This document shows, piece after piece, positions 1-16,270 of a DNA stretch of 36,271 nucleotides; the first letter of the stretch is position 1; the number at the start of each line of letters is the position of its first letter. This DNA comes from an uncultured Thermoanaerobaculia bacterium (GTDB lineage: Bacteria > Acidobacteriota > Thermoanaerobaculia > Multivoradales > DATKCC01). The translations under genes and the position numbers were made by a program. A model generated the notes under the pieces. The model was not told the DNA's origin, searched no databases, and worked only from the letters and a program-made list of their open reading frames with translations. Location of the stretch: assembly GCA_964539125.1 (NCBI GenBank), contig CAZIIB010000002.1, positions 1-36,271 on the forward strand, given 5' to 3'.

Positions 1-2226
1 ACCGCCCGGGCCCTCGGGTATCGGGCCCGCAACCGGGTGCCCGCCGAGGAGGTCCGCCTCGCCGTGGTGGTCCAGCGGCTGGTTCCCGCCGAGGTGTCCG
101 GAGTCCTGTTCACCGCCAACCCGTTGACCGGCCACCGGGGCGAGATCGTCGTCGACGCCAGCTTCGGGCTCGGAGAGGCGGTGGTTTCCGGGCAGGTGGA
201 GCCCGACCACTACGTCGTCGACTCGCGGCGGTGGCGGATCTCCTCCAAGGCCCTGGGCGCCAAGGCCCTGGCGATCGTCCCGCGGCCCCAGGGGGGCACG
301 GCGGTCGTCGACCGGAGCGACGGCGACCTCTCGGCGCTCTCGGACGCCCAGATCCTCGAGCTGGCGAGGACCGCGGCGCGGGTCGCCGAGCACTTCGGAA
401 CGCCCCAGGACGTGGAGTGGGCCTGGGCGGACCGGCTCTATCTTCTCCAGGCGCGTCCGATCACGACGCTCTTCCCCCTCCCGGCCCCGCCGGCCGGGGC
501 GGGCGACGGGCTCCGGCTCTACCTGAACTTCAGCGCCATCCAGGGGGTGATGGATCCCTTGACGCCTCTCGGCCGCGCCGCCCTCCAGATCCTGGGCCGG
601 GGCTTCCGCGCCGCCGCCGGGCACGATCTCGTGGTCGAAGCCGGAGGCCGGATCTTCTGCGACATCACGGGGCCACTGCGCAATCCGCGCCTGCGCAGGC
701 CGCTCCTGGGGGCCATCGGCCGGGTCGATCCGGGGGCCCGGCAGGCCCTCGCCGGCCTCCTCGAGCAGGGGCGGCTCACCGGCGGGGGGGCGCCGCGGCC
801 CCGGAGGCGCGGCGGCCCCCTGCGCCGGCTCAAGGCGCCCGCCGCCGTGGGCCGGAGGATCTTCCGCGCCCGTCGCCTGATCCGGCGCGCCGTCTCCGCG
901 CTCGTCTTTCCCAAGTGGACCCGCGCCCGCGCCGTCGCGGCCTCGGAGGCGTTTCTGGCGGACATCCGCCGGCGGGCCCCCGAGACCCGGGACCTGGCCG
1001 GCCTGCTCGCCTCCTTCGAGGCCGACGTCAGGGCCACGGCGGGTGGCGTCTTCGGCCACCTGGCGCCGCTCACCGTTCCGACGACCATCCTCATGTCGGT
1101 GGTGGACCGTTGGCTGGTGCGCTGGTTGCGCCTCGAGCCGGGAGCGGGCCTCCAGCTCATGCGCGGAATGCCCGACAACGTGACCGTGGAGATGGACCTG
1201 GCGCTTTGGAGGATCGCGCGGACGATCCGGGCGGACGGCGCGACCCGCGAACGGCTGCTCGCCCGGTCGGCCCAGGAGCTCGCCGAGGACTACCGGAGGC
1301 GGGCGCTCCCCCGGGCCGTCCTGGAGGCGATCGATCGCTTCCTGGAGGAGTACGGCATGCGGGGGGTGGCGGAGATCGACATGGGGCGCCCCCGGTGGCG
1401 CGACGATCCGAGCCTGGTCCTGGACGTCCTCCACGGCTACCTGGAGCTGGAGGACGACACGCACTCGCCCGAGACCACCCTCGAGCGCGGCGCCGCGGAG
1501 GCGGAGGCGTTGCGGGCGGAGTCCGTGCGCCGGCTTCGAGCGACTCGCGGAGGCTTCCCGCGGGCGAAGCTGCTGAATGCGGCGATCTATCGGTTGCGCG
1601 CCCTGGGCGGGCTGCGGGAGCTGCCGAAGCTCCAGTTCTGCAAGGTACTGGACGTCTATCGGACGCTGCTGCGGACCCGCGGCGAGGAGCTGGTGGCCGC
1701 CGGCGCGCTGGCCCAGGCCGACGACGTCTTCTTCGTTCCGCTCCCGGAGCTCGAGCGCTTCGCGGCCGGCGAGCCGGTGGACCTGCGGGGCGCCGTCGCG
1801 GCCCAGCGCGCCGACTACGAGCGCGAGGTCGCCCGCCGCTGGCCGCCACGCCTGCTCCTGAGCACCGGCGAGACCTTCTATGAAGGCCTGAGCGAGGGCG
1901 GCGACGGCACCGACCTGGTCGGCGCCCCGGTATCGCCCGGGGTGGTCGAGGGCAATGTGCGGGTGGTCTTCGAGCCCCGCGGAGCTCACCTCGAGCCGGG
2001 AGAGATCCTGGTCTGCCCGTCCACCGATCCCTGTTGGACGCCCCTGTTCGTCACCGCCGGCGGCCTGGTGATGGAGATGGGCGGTCTCGCGACCCATGGC
2101 GCGGTCGTGGCTCGCGAGTACGGCATCCCGGCGGTCGTGGGCGTCCACCAGGCAACCGAGCAACTGAAGACCGGAACGCGGATCCGGGTGGACGGCAGCG
2201 CGGGCCGGGTCACCCGGCTCACCTGA
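1..2226 (+). CDS. PEP-utilising phosphotransferase (PpsA / rifampin-phosphotransferase-like dikinase), 5'-truncated by the window edge
   Basis: Frame 1 is open from nt 1, with no stop before the listed GTG at 37, so the gene starts upstream of the window. The N-terminal part matches the distal half of a PEP/pyruvate-binding ATP-grasp domain (RLAVVVQRLV..SGVLFTANPLTG..GLGEAVVSGQVEPDHY..DVEWAW..LYLLQARPIT). A ~440-aa Arg-rich helical middle region follows. The C terminus is a PEP-utiliser swivel domain with the phosphohistidine motif GGLATHGAVVAREYGIPAVVGV. The TGA stop at 2224-2226 lies 1 nt before the next ATG. Confidence 0.85.
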   Translation, partial: TARALGYRARNRVPAEEVRLAVVVQRLVPAEVSGVLFTANPLTGHRGEIVVDASFGLGEAVVSGQVEPDHYVVDSRRWRISSKALGAKALAIVPRPQGGTAVVDRSDGDLSALSDAQILELARTAARVAEHFGTPQDVEWAWADRLYLLQARPITTLFPLPAPPAGAGDGLRLYLNFSAIQGVMDPLTPLGRAALQILGRGFRAAAGHDLVVEAGGRIFCDITGPLRNPRLRRPLLGAIGRVDPGARQALAGLLEQGRLTGGGAPRPRRRGGPLRRLKAPAAVGRRIFRARRLIRRAVSALVFPKWTRARAVAASEAFLADIRRRAPETRDLAGLLASFEADVRATAGGVFGHLAPLTVPTTILMSVVDRWLVRWLRLEPGAGLQLMRGMPDNVTVEMDLALWRIARTIRADGATRERLLARSAQELAEDYRRRALPRAVLEAIDRFLEEYGMRGVAEIDMGRPRWRDDPSLVLDVLHGYLELEDDTHSPETTLERGAAEAEALRAESVRRLRATRGGFPRAKLLNAAIYRLRALGGLRELPKLQFCKVLDVYRTLLRTRGEELVAAGALAQADDVFFVPLPELERFAAGEPVDLRGAVAAQRADYEREVARRWPPRLLLSTGETFYEGLSEGGDGTDLVGAPVSPGVVEGNVRVVFEPRGAHLEPGEILVCPSTDPCWTPLFVTAGGLVMEMGGLATHGAVVAREYGIPAVVGVHQATEQLKTGTRIRVDGSAGRVTRLT

Positions 2227-2227
2227 G

Positions 2228-8712
<6,485 letters not shown>

Positions 8713-8716
<4 letters not shown>

Positions 8717-11700
8717 GCGACACGACCGTACACGACCCGCGCGAGGGACTGGACGTCGCGATCGTCGGGATGGCCTGCCGGTTCCCCGGCGCCGAGACAC
8801 TCGAGACGTTCTGGAGCAACCTGCGCGACGGCGTCGAGTCGATCCGCTCGTTCAGCGACGAGGAGCTGGTCGCCCTCGGGGTCGATCCTCGGGCGCTGGA
8901 GGATCCGGCCTTCGTCAAGGCGGGATCGATCCTGACCGACGTCGACCTCTTCGATGCCGCCTTCTTCGGCTACTCGCCGCGGGAGGCCAGCCTCCTGGAC
9001 CCCCAGCACCGGGTCTTTCTGGAGTGCGCCTGGGAGGCCCTCGAGCGGGCCGGGTACGACGCCGAGCGGTTCGGCGGGATCGTGGGGGTCTATGCCGGCA
9101 CCAGCCTGAGCACCTACCTGCTCTTCAACCTGCTGCTCAGCCCCTCCCTGGCCCACGCCGAGAACAACTTCCCGGTCATGGTGAGCAACGACAAGGACTT
9201 CCTCTGCACCCGGGTGTCCTACAACTTCAACCTGGACGGTCCCAGCCTCGACGTCCAGACCGGCTGCTCCACCTCCCTGGTGGCCGCGCACCTGGCGTGT
9301 CAGGGCTTGCTCACCTACCAGGTGGACATGGCCCTGGCCGGTGGCGTCTCGGTGCAGGTTCCCCAGCGCACGGGCTACTACTTCCAACCGGGCGGGATCA
9401 CCTCGCCCGACGGCCACTGCCGGGCTTTCGACGCCCGCGCCGAGGGGACGATCTTCGGCAGCGGCGTGGGGGTCGTGGTGCTCAAGCGGTTGGCGGACGC
9501 CCTCGCTGACGGCGACGCCATCCACGCGGTCATCAAGGGCTCCGCCGTCAACAACGATGGCTCGCGCAAGATCGGCTACACCGCGCCGGGCCTCGAAGGG
9601 CAGCGGCGGGTGATCGAGCTGGCCCAGGCGGTCGCCGGGGTCGAGGCGGAGAGCATCGGCTACGTGGAGGCCCACGGCACCGCCACGGCCCTGGGAGACC
9701 CGGTGGAGGTCTCGGCCCTCACCCGGGCTTTCCGGACCCAGACCGAGGCGCGAGGGTTCTGCGCCCTGGGCTCGGTGAAGAGCAACCTCGGTCATCTCGA
9801 CGCCGCCGCCGGCGTCGCCGGGCTGATCAAGACCGTCCTCGCCGTCGAGCACGGGGAGCTTCCGCCGAGCCTCCACTTCGACGAGGCCAACCCCCGGATC
9901 GACTTCGCCGAGAGCCCCTTCTACGTCAACCGGGAGCTCGCGGAGTGGCCCCGGGGAGCGGCGCCGCGGCGGGCCGGGGTGAGCTCCTTCGGCATCGGCG
10001 GCACCAACGCCCACCTCGTGGTCGAGGAGGCGCCCTCCGTCGAGCCCTCGGGGCCGACCCGGGCCCGCCAGTTGCTCCTCCTCTCCGCCAAGACCGCCTC
10101 GGCCCTGGAGTCGGCCACGTCGAACCTGGCGGAGCTCCTCCGGGAGCACCCGGACGTCGACCTGGGCGACGTCGCCTACACCCTCCATGTGGGCCGCCGG
10201 GTCATGAGCCATCGCCGGCTGTGCGTTTGCTCGGGGCGCGAGGACGCCGTGGCGGCCCTCGAGGCGAGGGATCCCCGCCGGGTGATGACCCTCCAGCAGG
10301 AGGCCACCGATCGGCCGGTGGTCTTCATGTTTCCCGGCGGAGGAGCCCAGTACGTCGACATGGCCCGGGGGCTCTACGAGACCGAGGCCCTGTTCCGCGA
10401 GGAGGTCGACGCCCAGGCCGGGATCCTCCGCCGGGACCACGGGATCGAGCTCTTCGACGTCCTCTACCCCGACGCCGAACAGCGCGAGGCGGCCGGCGAG
10501 GCGATGCAGCGGACCTCGGACGGCCTGCCGGCGCTGTTCGTGATCGAGCACGCCCTGGCCCGACTCTGGATGTCGTGGGGCATCGCGCCCCGGGCGATGA
10601 TCGGCCACAGCCTCGGCGAGTACGTGGCGGCCTGCCTGGCGGGGGTGTTCTCGCCGGAGACGGCGCTGGCGCTGGTGGTGCTCCGGGCCCGCTTGTTCGA
10701 CGAGCTGCCGGCGGGAGGGATGCTCAGCCTGCCGCTGGCCGCGGCCGAGGTCACGAGGCTGCTGGACGAGCGGCTGTCGCTGGCGGCGATCAACGGCCCG
10801 GCGCAATGTGTGGTCTCCGGACCCACCGAGGCGATCGACGAGCTGGCCGGCCGACTCGCCGCCCAGGAGATCGAGTGTCGCCGTATCAAGATCGAGGTGG
10901 CGGCCCACTCGCGGTCGGTGGACCTCATCATCGATCGGTTCCGCGAGTTCGTGGCCACCGTGGAGCTGCGGCCGCCGGAGATCCCCTACCTGTCCAACGT
11001 CACCGGGGGGTGGATGACGGCCGAGGACGCGGTCGATCCCGGCTACTGGGCGCGGCACCTGCGCGAGACGGTGCGCTTCAGCGACGGCGTCGCCGAGCTC
11101 CTGCGCGAGCCCAGCCGGATCCTTCTCGAGGTGGGGCCGGGCCAGGGGCTCACCACCCTGGCACGGGCGCAGTCCGGCCGCGCCGCGGAGAGCAGCGTCT
11201 TCGCCTCGGTGCGCCATCCCTACGACCCGCAGCCCGACGACGCCCATCTCCTCACCACCCTGGGCCGGCTCTGGCTGGCCGGAGCGCGGGTGGACTGGGG
11301 CGGGTTCTACGCCGCCGAGCGCCGCCGGCGCGTGGTCCTTCCGACCTACCCCTTCGAGCGCCGGCGCTTCTGGATCGATCCGCCGGCCGCGGGGGCGACG
11401 GGGCGCGCCGGCCGCGGGGGCACGCTCGAGAAGCTGCGCAACGTCGACGACTGGTTCTACGTCCCCTCCTGGCGCCGCACCCTCGGCGCCGCCCTCCCGC
11501 CCGCGCCGGCCTCGCCCGACGCCCCGGACCTCTGGCTCGTGTTGCGGGACGACGGCGCGCTGGCCCGGGGCTTCGCCGAGCGGGCCAGACGGGAGGGTCA
11601 CCAGGTGGTCGAGGTGAGCCCCGGCGAGGGCTTCGAGGAGGTGGGGGAGGGAGCCTTCACGGTGGAGCCGGGATCCCGCGGCGACTACCGGCGGCTCCTC

Positions 11701-13386
11701 GAGGAGCTGGCGACGCGCTCCCTCCGGCCCCGGGTGATCGTCCACCTCTGGAGCCTGCCCGCGGGGCCCGCCTGCCCCGACGGCTACCGGGCCTTCGCGG
11801 CGGCCCAGGAGCACGGCTTCTTCAGCCTCCTCGCCCTCGCCCAGGCGATGGGCGAGGGTGACGGCGAGGGCGAGACGGAGCCGACGCGGCTCTGGGTCGT
11901 CACCGGCGACCTCCAGGAGGTGGAGAGCGGCGACCGGTCGCGGCCCGAGCAGGCGACGATCTCCGGCCTCTGCAAGGTCATCCCGCAGGAGGTCCCGCAC
12001 CTCGTCTGCCACACCGTCGACGTGGCGGTTCCGGAGGCCGGGAGCGTCGAGATCGACCGCCTGGCGGAGCGCCTGGTCGCGGAGATCGGCGCCGAAGGGC
12101 CTGACCGGACGCTCGCCTACCGCGGCGAGGAGCGCTGGGTCCAGGCCTGGGAACCGACGCGAGCGAGCGAGCGAGCGGCGCTCCGGGAGCTGCGCCACAA
12201 GGGTGTCTACCTCCTCCTCGGCGGGTTGGGCCGGGTGGGGATGGCCATCGCCGGCCACCTGGCACGCACCGCGGCCGCCCGCCTGGTCCTGACGAGCCGC
12301 TCCGGGCTGCCCGAGCGGTCCGAGTGGGAACGCCTCCTCGGCCGTCCCGGCGAGCCGCACCCCCTGGCCCCCAAGATCCGGGCGCTCCAGGAGCTGGAGC
12401 GCGCCGGCGCGGAGGTCCTCGTGCTACGGGCGGACGTCGCCGACGAGCGCCGCATGCGGGCCGTGCTGGAGAGCGTCGACGAGACCTTCGGAGGGCTTCA
12501 CGGCGTGATCCACGCGGCGGGCTTCGCCGGCGAGAGCGCCCTGAGCTTCCTCCCGGAGACCGACCGCTCGGCCTGCGACCTTCACTTCCAGGCCAAGGCC
12601 AAGGGGCTCTACGTCCTGGACCGCGTGCTGGCGGACCGGGAGCTCGACTTCTTCCTGCTCTGCTCCTCCAACGCGTCGGTCCTGGGCGGGCTCGGGTCGG
12701 CGGCGTACGCGGCGGCCAGCTCCTTCATGGACGCCTTCGCCGTCAGCCACCGGAGGGAGGGGGGCGGGCCCTGGATCAGCGCCAACTGGGACGGCTGGCT
12801 GAGCGCGGACCAGGACCGGCTGAGCGCGACGTTCCGCACCAGCATCGACCGCTACGCCATGGACCCCGGCGAGAGCGTAGCGGCCTTCGAGCGAGTGGTC
12901 ACCCGATTCCCGGCGGGCCAGGTCGTGGTCTCCACCGGCGACCTGACGAGCCGGATCGACCTGTGGGTGCGGGGCGAGGGCCTGGGCTGGAGCGAGGAGC
13001 CCGGAGCGGAGGAGCGGCCGGCGGTCCTGCATCCGCGGGAAGGGATCGAGACCCCCTACGAGCCCCCCGGCGACGAGCTCGAAGCGCTCATCGCCAGGGT
13101 CTGGCAGGAGGCCCTCGGCATCGAGCAGCTCGGCATCCACGACAACTTCTTCGACCTGGGGGGCAACTCTCTCATCGGGCTGCGGGTGGTCTCCCGGCTC
13201 CGTCGGGAGCTGGGGCGAGAGATCCAGGTGGTCAGCCTGTTCGAGGGGCCCACGGTGAGCGCCCTGGCCAAGCTGTTGCGGGCGGCGCCGGGCGAGACGC
13301 CGGTCTTCGAGGAGAGCCAGGACCGCGGCGAGCAGCGCAGGATGCGGCGGGAAGGCAAGAGACGAGCGAGCGTGGCCGATGAATGA
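8713..13386 (+). CDS. Type I PKS module: KS-AT-KR-T
   Basis: The real start is ATG 8713, giving an ATGA overlap with the upstream TGA at 8714-8716, with GGGAGG 11 nt upstream. The listed ORF start at 4852 is only an open-frame extension. 1557 aa. KS: DVQTGCSTSLVAAH, EAHGTATALGDPVE, KSNLGHLDAAAG. AT: GHSLGEYVAA. KR: GVYLLLGGLGRVG..HGVIHAAG..SAAYAAAS. T domain: FFDLGGNSLIGLRV. Confidence 0.95.
8746..10032 (+). other. KS domain (Cys-His-His triad intact)
   Basis: aa ~12-440, with GCSTS, EAHGTAT and NLGHLD. Confidence 0.9.
10309..11277 (+). other. AT domain with divergent motifs
   Basis: aa ~533-855. FPGGGAQY replaces FPGQGAQY. The active-site GHSLGE is intact. The specificity-motif position reads VAAH (nt 10897-10908) rather than HAFH or YASH. 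Confidence 0.8.
11446..12972 (+). other. KR domain (structural plus catalytic subdomains)
   Basis: aa ~912-1420. WFYVPSW..VIVHLWSL structural part, Rossmann motif GGLGRVGMAIAGHLA, catalytic region CSSNASVLGGLGSAAYAAAS (the usual YAAAN Asn is Ser here). Confidence 0.8.
13060..13278 (+). other. Carrier (T) domain, PCP-like signature
   Basis: aa ~1450-1522: ELEALIARVWQEALGIEQLGIHDNFFDLGGNSLIGL. Confidence 0.85.
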
Positions 13387-16270
13387 GCCGTCGAGCGGGA
13401 CCGGGATCGCGATCATCGGAATGGCCGGGCGCTTTCCGGGGGCCCGGAGCGTGGACGAGCTGTGGCGCAACCTCGCGGCGGGGGAGGAGTCGATCCGGGC
13501 GCTCAGCGACGAGGAGCTGGCGGCCGGAGGGGTGGAGCCGGACCTCCTGGCCGATCCCCGCTTCGTCAAGGCCGCGGCGGTTCCCGACGGCGTGGACCTG
13601 TTCGACGCCGCGTTCTTCGGCATGACCGCGAGGGAGGCGGAGCTCGTCGATCCGCAGCACCGGGTTCTTCTCGAGACCGCCTGGCAGGCGCTGGAGGACG
13701 CGGGCTACGCGGCGGGCTCCTGCCCCGGCGCCGTCGGCGTCTATGCCGGGGCCACCATCAACACCTATCTGCTGTTCAACCTCCGGGGTAATCGCGAGGT
13801 CGTCAGGTCTCTCGACCTGCCGCAGCTCAACATCGCCAACGGCCGGGACTTCCTGGCCACCCGGGTGTCGTACAAGCTCGACCTCAAGGGCCCCAGCCAC
13901 CTGGTGCAGAGCGCGTGCTCGACCTCCCTCGTGGCGGTGCACGTGGCCGCGCAGAGCCTCTACGACGGGCAGTGCGACATGGCCCTGGCGGGCGGCGTCT
14001 CGGTCAACGTCAAGCTGATGCACGGCTACCGCCACGCCGAGGGTGGCCTGACCTCCCCCGACGGGCACTGCCGGCCCTTCGACGCCCTCGCGGCGGGGAC
14101 CGTCTTCGGCGGCGGCGCCGGAGTCGTGGTGCTCAAGCCGCTGGATCGGGCGCTGGCCGACGGCGACACGATCCGCGCCGTCCTCAGGGGGTCGGCGGTC
14201 AACAACGACGGAGCCGCCAAGGTGGGCTTCACGGCGCCGAGCGTCGAGGGCCAGGCGAAGGTGATCACCGAGGCGCTGGCCGATGCCGGTCTCGAGCCCG
14301 CGGCGATCAGCTACGTGGAGACCCACGGCACGGGCACCCCCCTGGGCGACCCCATCGAGGTCCAGGCCCTGAAACGGGCGTGGGGGGCGCGGGGAGCCGG
14401 CAGGCACACGTGCGCCCTCGGCTCGCTGAAAGCGAACATCGGGCATCTCGACGCCGCGGCCGGGGTCACCAGCCTGATCAAGACGGTTCTCGCCCTCGAG
14501 CACCGCCAGATCCCGCCGAGCCTCCACTTCGAGCAGCCGAACCCGGAGCTCGCCCTGGACGACAGCCCGTTCTTCGTCAACGCGCGCCTCACCGAATGGG
14601 AGCGGGGCCCGAGCCCGCGGCGGGCGGGGGTGAGCGCCTTCGGCGTCGGCGGCACGAACGCCCACGTCGTGGTCGAGGAAGCGCCGGAGCTCGAGGCGTC
14701 CGGGCCGTCGCGATCCTGCCAGCTCCTGGTCCTGTCGGCGTGCACCGCCACCGCGCTCGCGGCGCAGGAGGCCGGCCTGGCCGACCACCTGAAACGCCTG
14801 CCGGCCGCGAGTCTCGCCGACGTCGCCTACACGCTGGCCGTCGGACGCCGGCCGTTCGAGCACCGGCGGGCTCTGGTCGCGGGTAGCGCGCGGGAGGCGG
14901 TCACGATGCTCGAAGGCGGCGAGCCGGAGCGCAAGCCCGGCGGCCGGGCCGGGGACGCCGAGACCCCGGTCGTCTTCCTGTTCCCCGGCGCGAGCGCCCG
15001 GCACGCCGGCGCCGGCGGCGAGCTCTACGGCCACGAGGCGGTCTTCCGCAAGGGGCTGGACGCCTGCTCCGAGGTCGCCCGGCGTCGCCTCGGCCGGGAC
15101 CTGCCGGCGGTGCTCTTCGCCGCCGGCGGAGCGGCCTCTTCGCCGGTGGGCGAGGTGGAGGCCGACTCGCTGGAGCGAGCGGCGAGCTTCGCCCTGGAGC
15201 ACGCCCTCGCCGGGCTCTGGATGTCCTGGGGGGTCCGGCCCGCGGCGGTGATCGGCTACGGCACCGGTGAGCTGGTGGCGGCCTGCCTGGCCGGCGTCCT
15301 GACCCTCGACGACGCCCTGGCGCTGGCAGCGGCCCCGGTCACGGATTCCGCCGGCCGCCCGGAGGACCCCCGGGTCGGCCCGGCTCGGATTCCCTGGATC
15401 TCGAGCGTCACCGGTGCCCGGGTCACCGAGCCGCTCGCCGGCGAGCCCGGGTACTGGACCGCCCGGGAGCGGGACGGGTCGCGGCTCGACGACGGGATCG
15501 CGGAGCTCCTGGGTACGGCCGACCGGATCTTCCTGGAGGTCGGCTGGGGAGACGCCCTGGCGAGTCGCGTCGCGGCCCACGAGGCGTTCCGGCCCGGGCG
15601 CGTCGTGCTCTCGTCGCTGGCGGGGAGAGTGGACACCCGCACGGAGCCGGCGGCTCTCTTGGGGACGCTGGGCCGGCTCTGGCTCGCCGGGGTGCCGGTG
15701 GACTGGCATGGGCTCTACGCGGGCGAGCGCCGCCGCCGCATTCCTCTTCCCACCTACCCGTTCGAGCGCAAGCGCTACTGGATCGAGCCGACGCCGGAGG
15801 CCCATCGAGAGGCGGACGTGCCGGCCGCCGCAGGCCACGCCGAAGACGGCGGGGGGGCCCGGTCCGACGAAGAGGCGCCCCTCGCGCCGGCTCGCCATCC
15901 GCGACCCGACCTCATGGTGCCGTACGCGCCCCCCTCGACACCTCTCGAACGGCGTCTCGCCGAGGTCTGGCAGAGCGCCCTCGGGCTCGAGGTGGTGGGC
16001 ATCGACGACGGCTTCTTCGAGCTGGGCGGGGACAGCCTGGTGGCGGTCCAGGTGATGGACCAGCTCTCGGCGGAGCTCGGGAGAGCGATCCCCGCGGTCA
16101 GCCTGTACGAGGAGCTCACCGTCCGTGCCCTGGCGGAGCTCCTGACCGCCGAGGAGGACGCGCCGGCCCCGGAGCCCGGCGGAGCGGGAGAGAGGGAAGG
16201 CTGGACCCAGCGGCGGAAGGAGTTCCAGGAACGAGCGCGGCTGCGCAGAACGGAGAAGAGTCGGTCATGA
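13379..16270 (+). CDS. Type I PKS module: KS-AT0(degenerate)-T
   Basis: 963 aa. ATG 13379 overlaps the upstream stop at 13384-13386 by 8 nt. KS: QSACSTSLVAVH, ETHGTGTPLGDPIE, KANIGHLDAAAG. The AT-like region has GYGTG in place of GHSxG and is shortened. T domain: FFELGGDSLVAVQV. There is no KR, DH or ER. Confidence 0.95.
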   Translation: MNEPSSGTGIAIIGMAGRFPGARSVDELWRNLAAGEESIRALSDEELAAGGVEPDLLADPRFVKAAAVPDGVDLFDAAFFGMTAREAELVDPQHRVLLETAWQALEDAGYAAGSCPGAVGVYAGATINTYLLFNLRGNREVVRSLDLPQLNIANGRDFLATRVSYKLDLKGPSHLVQSACSTSLVAVHVAAQSLYDGQCDMALAGGVSVNVKLMHGYRHAEGGLTSPDGHCRPFDALAAGTVFGGGAGVVVLKPLDRALADGDTIRAVLRGSAVNNDGAAKVGFTAPSVEGQAKVITEALADAGLEPAAISYVETHGTGTPLGDPIEVQALKRAWGARGAGRHTCALGSLKANIGHLDAAAGVTSLIKTVLALEHRQIPPSLHFEQPNPELALDDSPFFVNARLTEWERGPSPRRAGVSAFGVGGTNAHVVVEEAPELEASGPSRSCQLLVLSACTATALAAQEAGLADHLKRLPAASLADVAYTLAVGRRPFEHRRALVAGSAREAVTMLEGGEPERKPGGRAGDAETPVVFLFPGASARHAGAGGELYGHEAVFRKGLDACSEVARRRLGRDLPAVLFAAGGAASSPVGEVEADSLERAASFALEHALAGLWMSWGVRPAAVIGYGTGELVAACLAGVLTLDDALALAAAPVTDSAGRPEDPRVGPARIPWISSVTGARVTEPLAGEPGYWTARERDGSRLDDGIAELLGTADRIFLEVGWGDALASRVAAHEAFRPGRVVLSSLAGRVDTRTEPAALLGTLGRLWLAGVPVDWHGLYAGERRRRIPLPTYPFERKRYWIEPTPEAHREADVPAAAGHAEDGGGARSDEEAPLAPARHPRPDLMVPYAPPSTPLERRLAEVWQSALGLEVVGIDDGFFELGGDSLVAVQVMDQLSAELGRAIPAVSLYEELTVRALAELLTAEEDAPAPEPGGAGEREGWTQRRKEFQERARLRRTEKSRS
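13400..14686 (+). other. KS domain (Cys-His-His triad intact)
   Basis: aa ~8-436, with ACSTS, THGTGT and NIGHLD. Confidence 0.9.
14963..15703 (+). other. Degenerate acyltransferase remnant (AT0)
   Basis: aa ~529-775. FPGASARH replaces FPGQGAQY. The nucleophile elbow reads G-Y-G-T-G (nt 15254-15268), so the catalytic Ser position is Gly. About 85 aa are missing between the elbow and the IPWISSVTG segment compared with the three sister modules, which removes the HAFH-bearing small subdomain. Confidence 0.8.
15932..16144 (+). other. Carrier (T) domain
   Basis: aa ~852-922: PLERRLAEVWQSALGLEVVGIDDGFFELGGDSLVAVQV. Confidence 0.85.

Noticed and set aside
231-1883. 550-aa + strand ORF in an alternative frame of the PEP-utilising enzyme gene
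   Set aside because: It is an Arg/Pro/Gly-rich shadow frame. The frame starting at nt 1 contains the ATP-grasp and phosphohistidine motifs.
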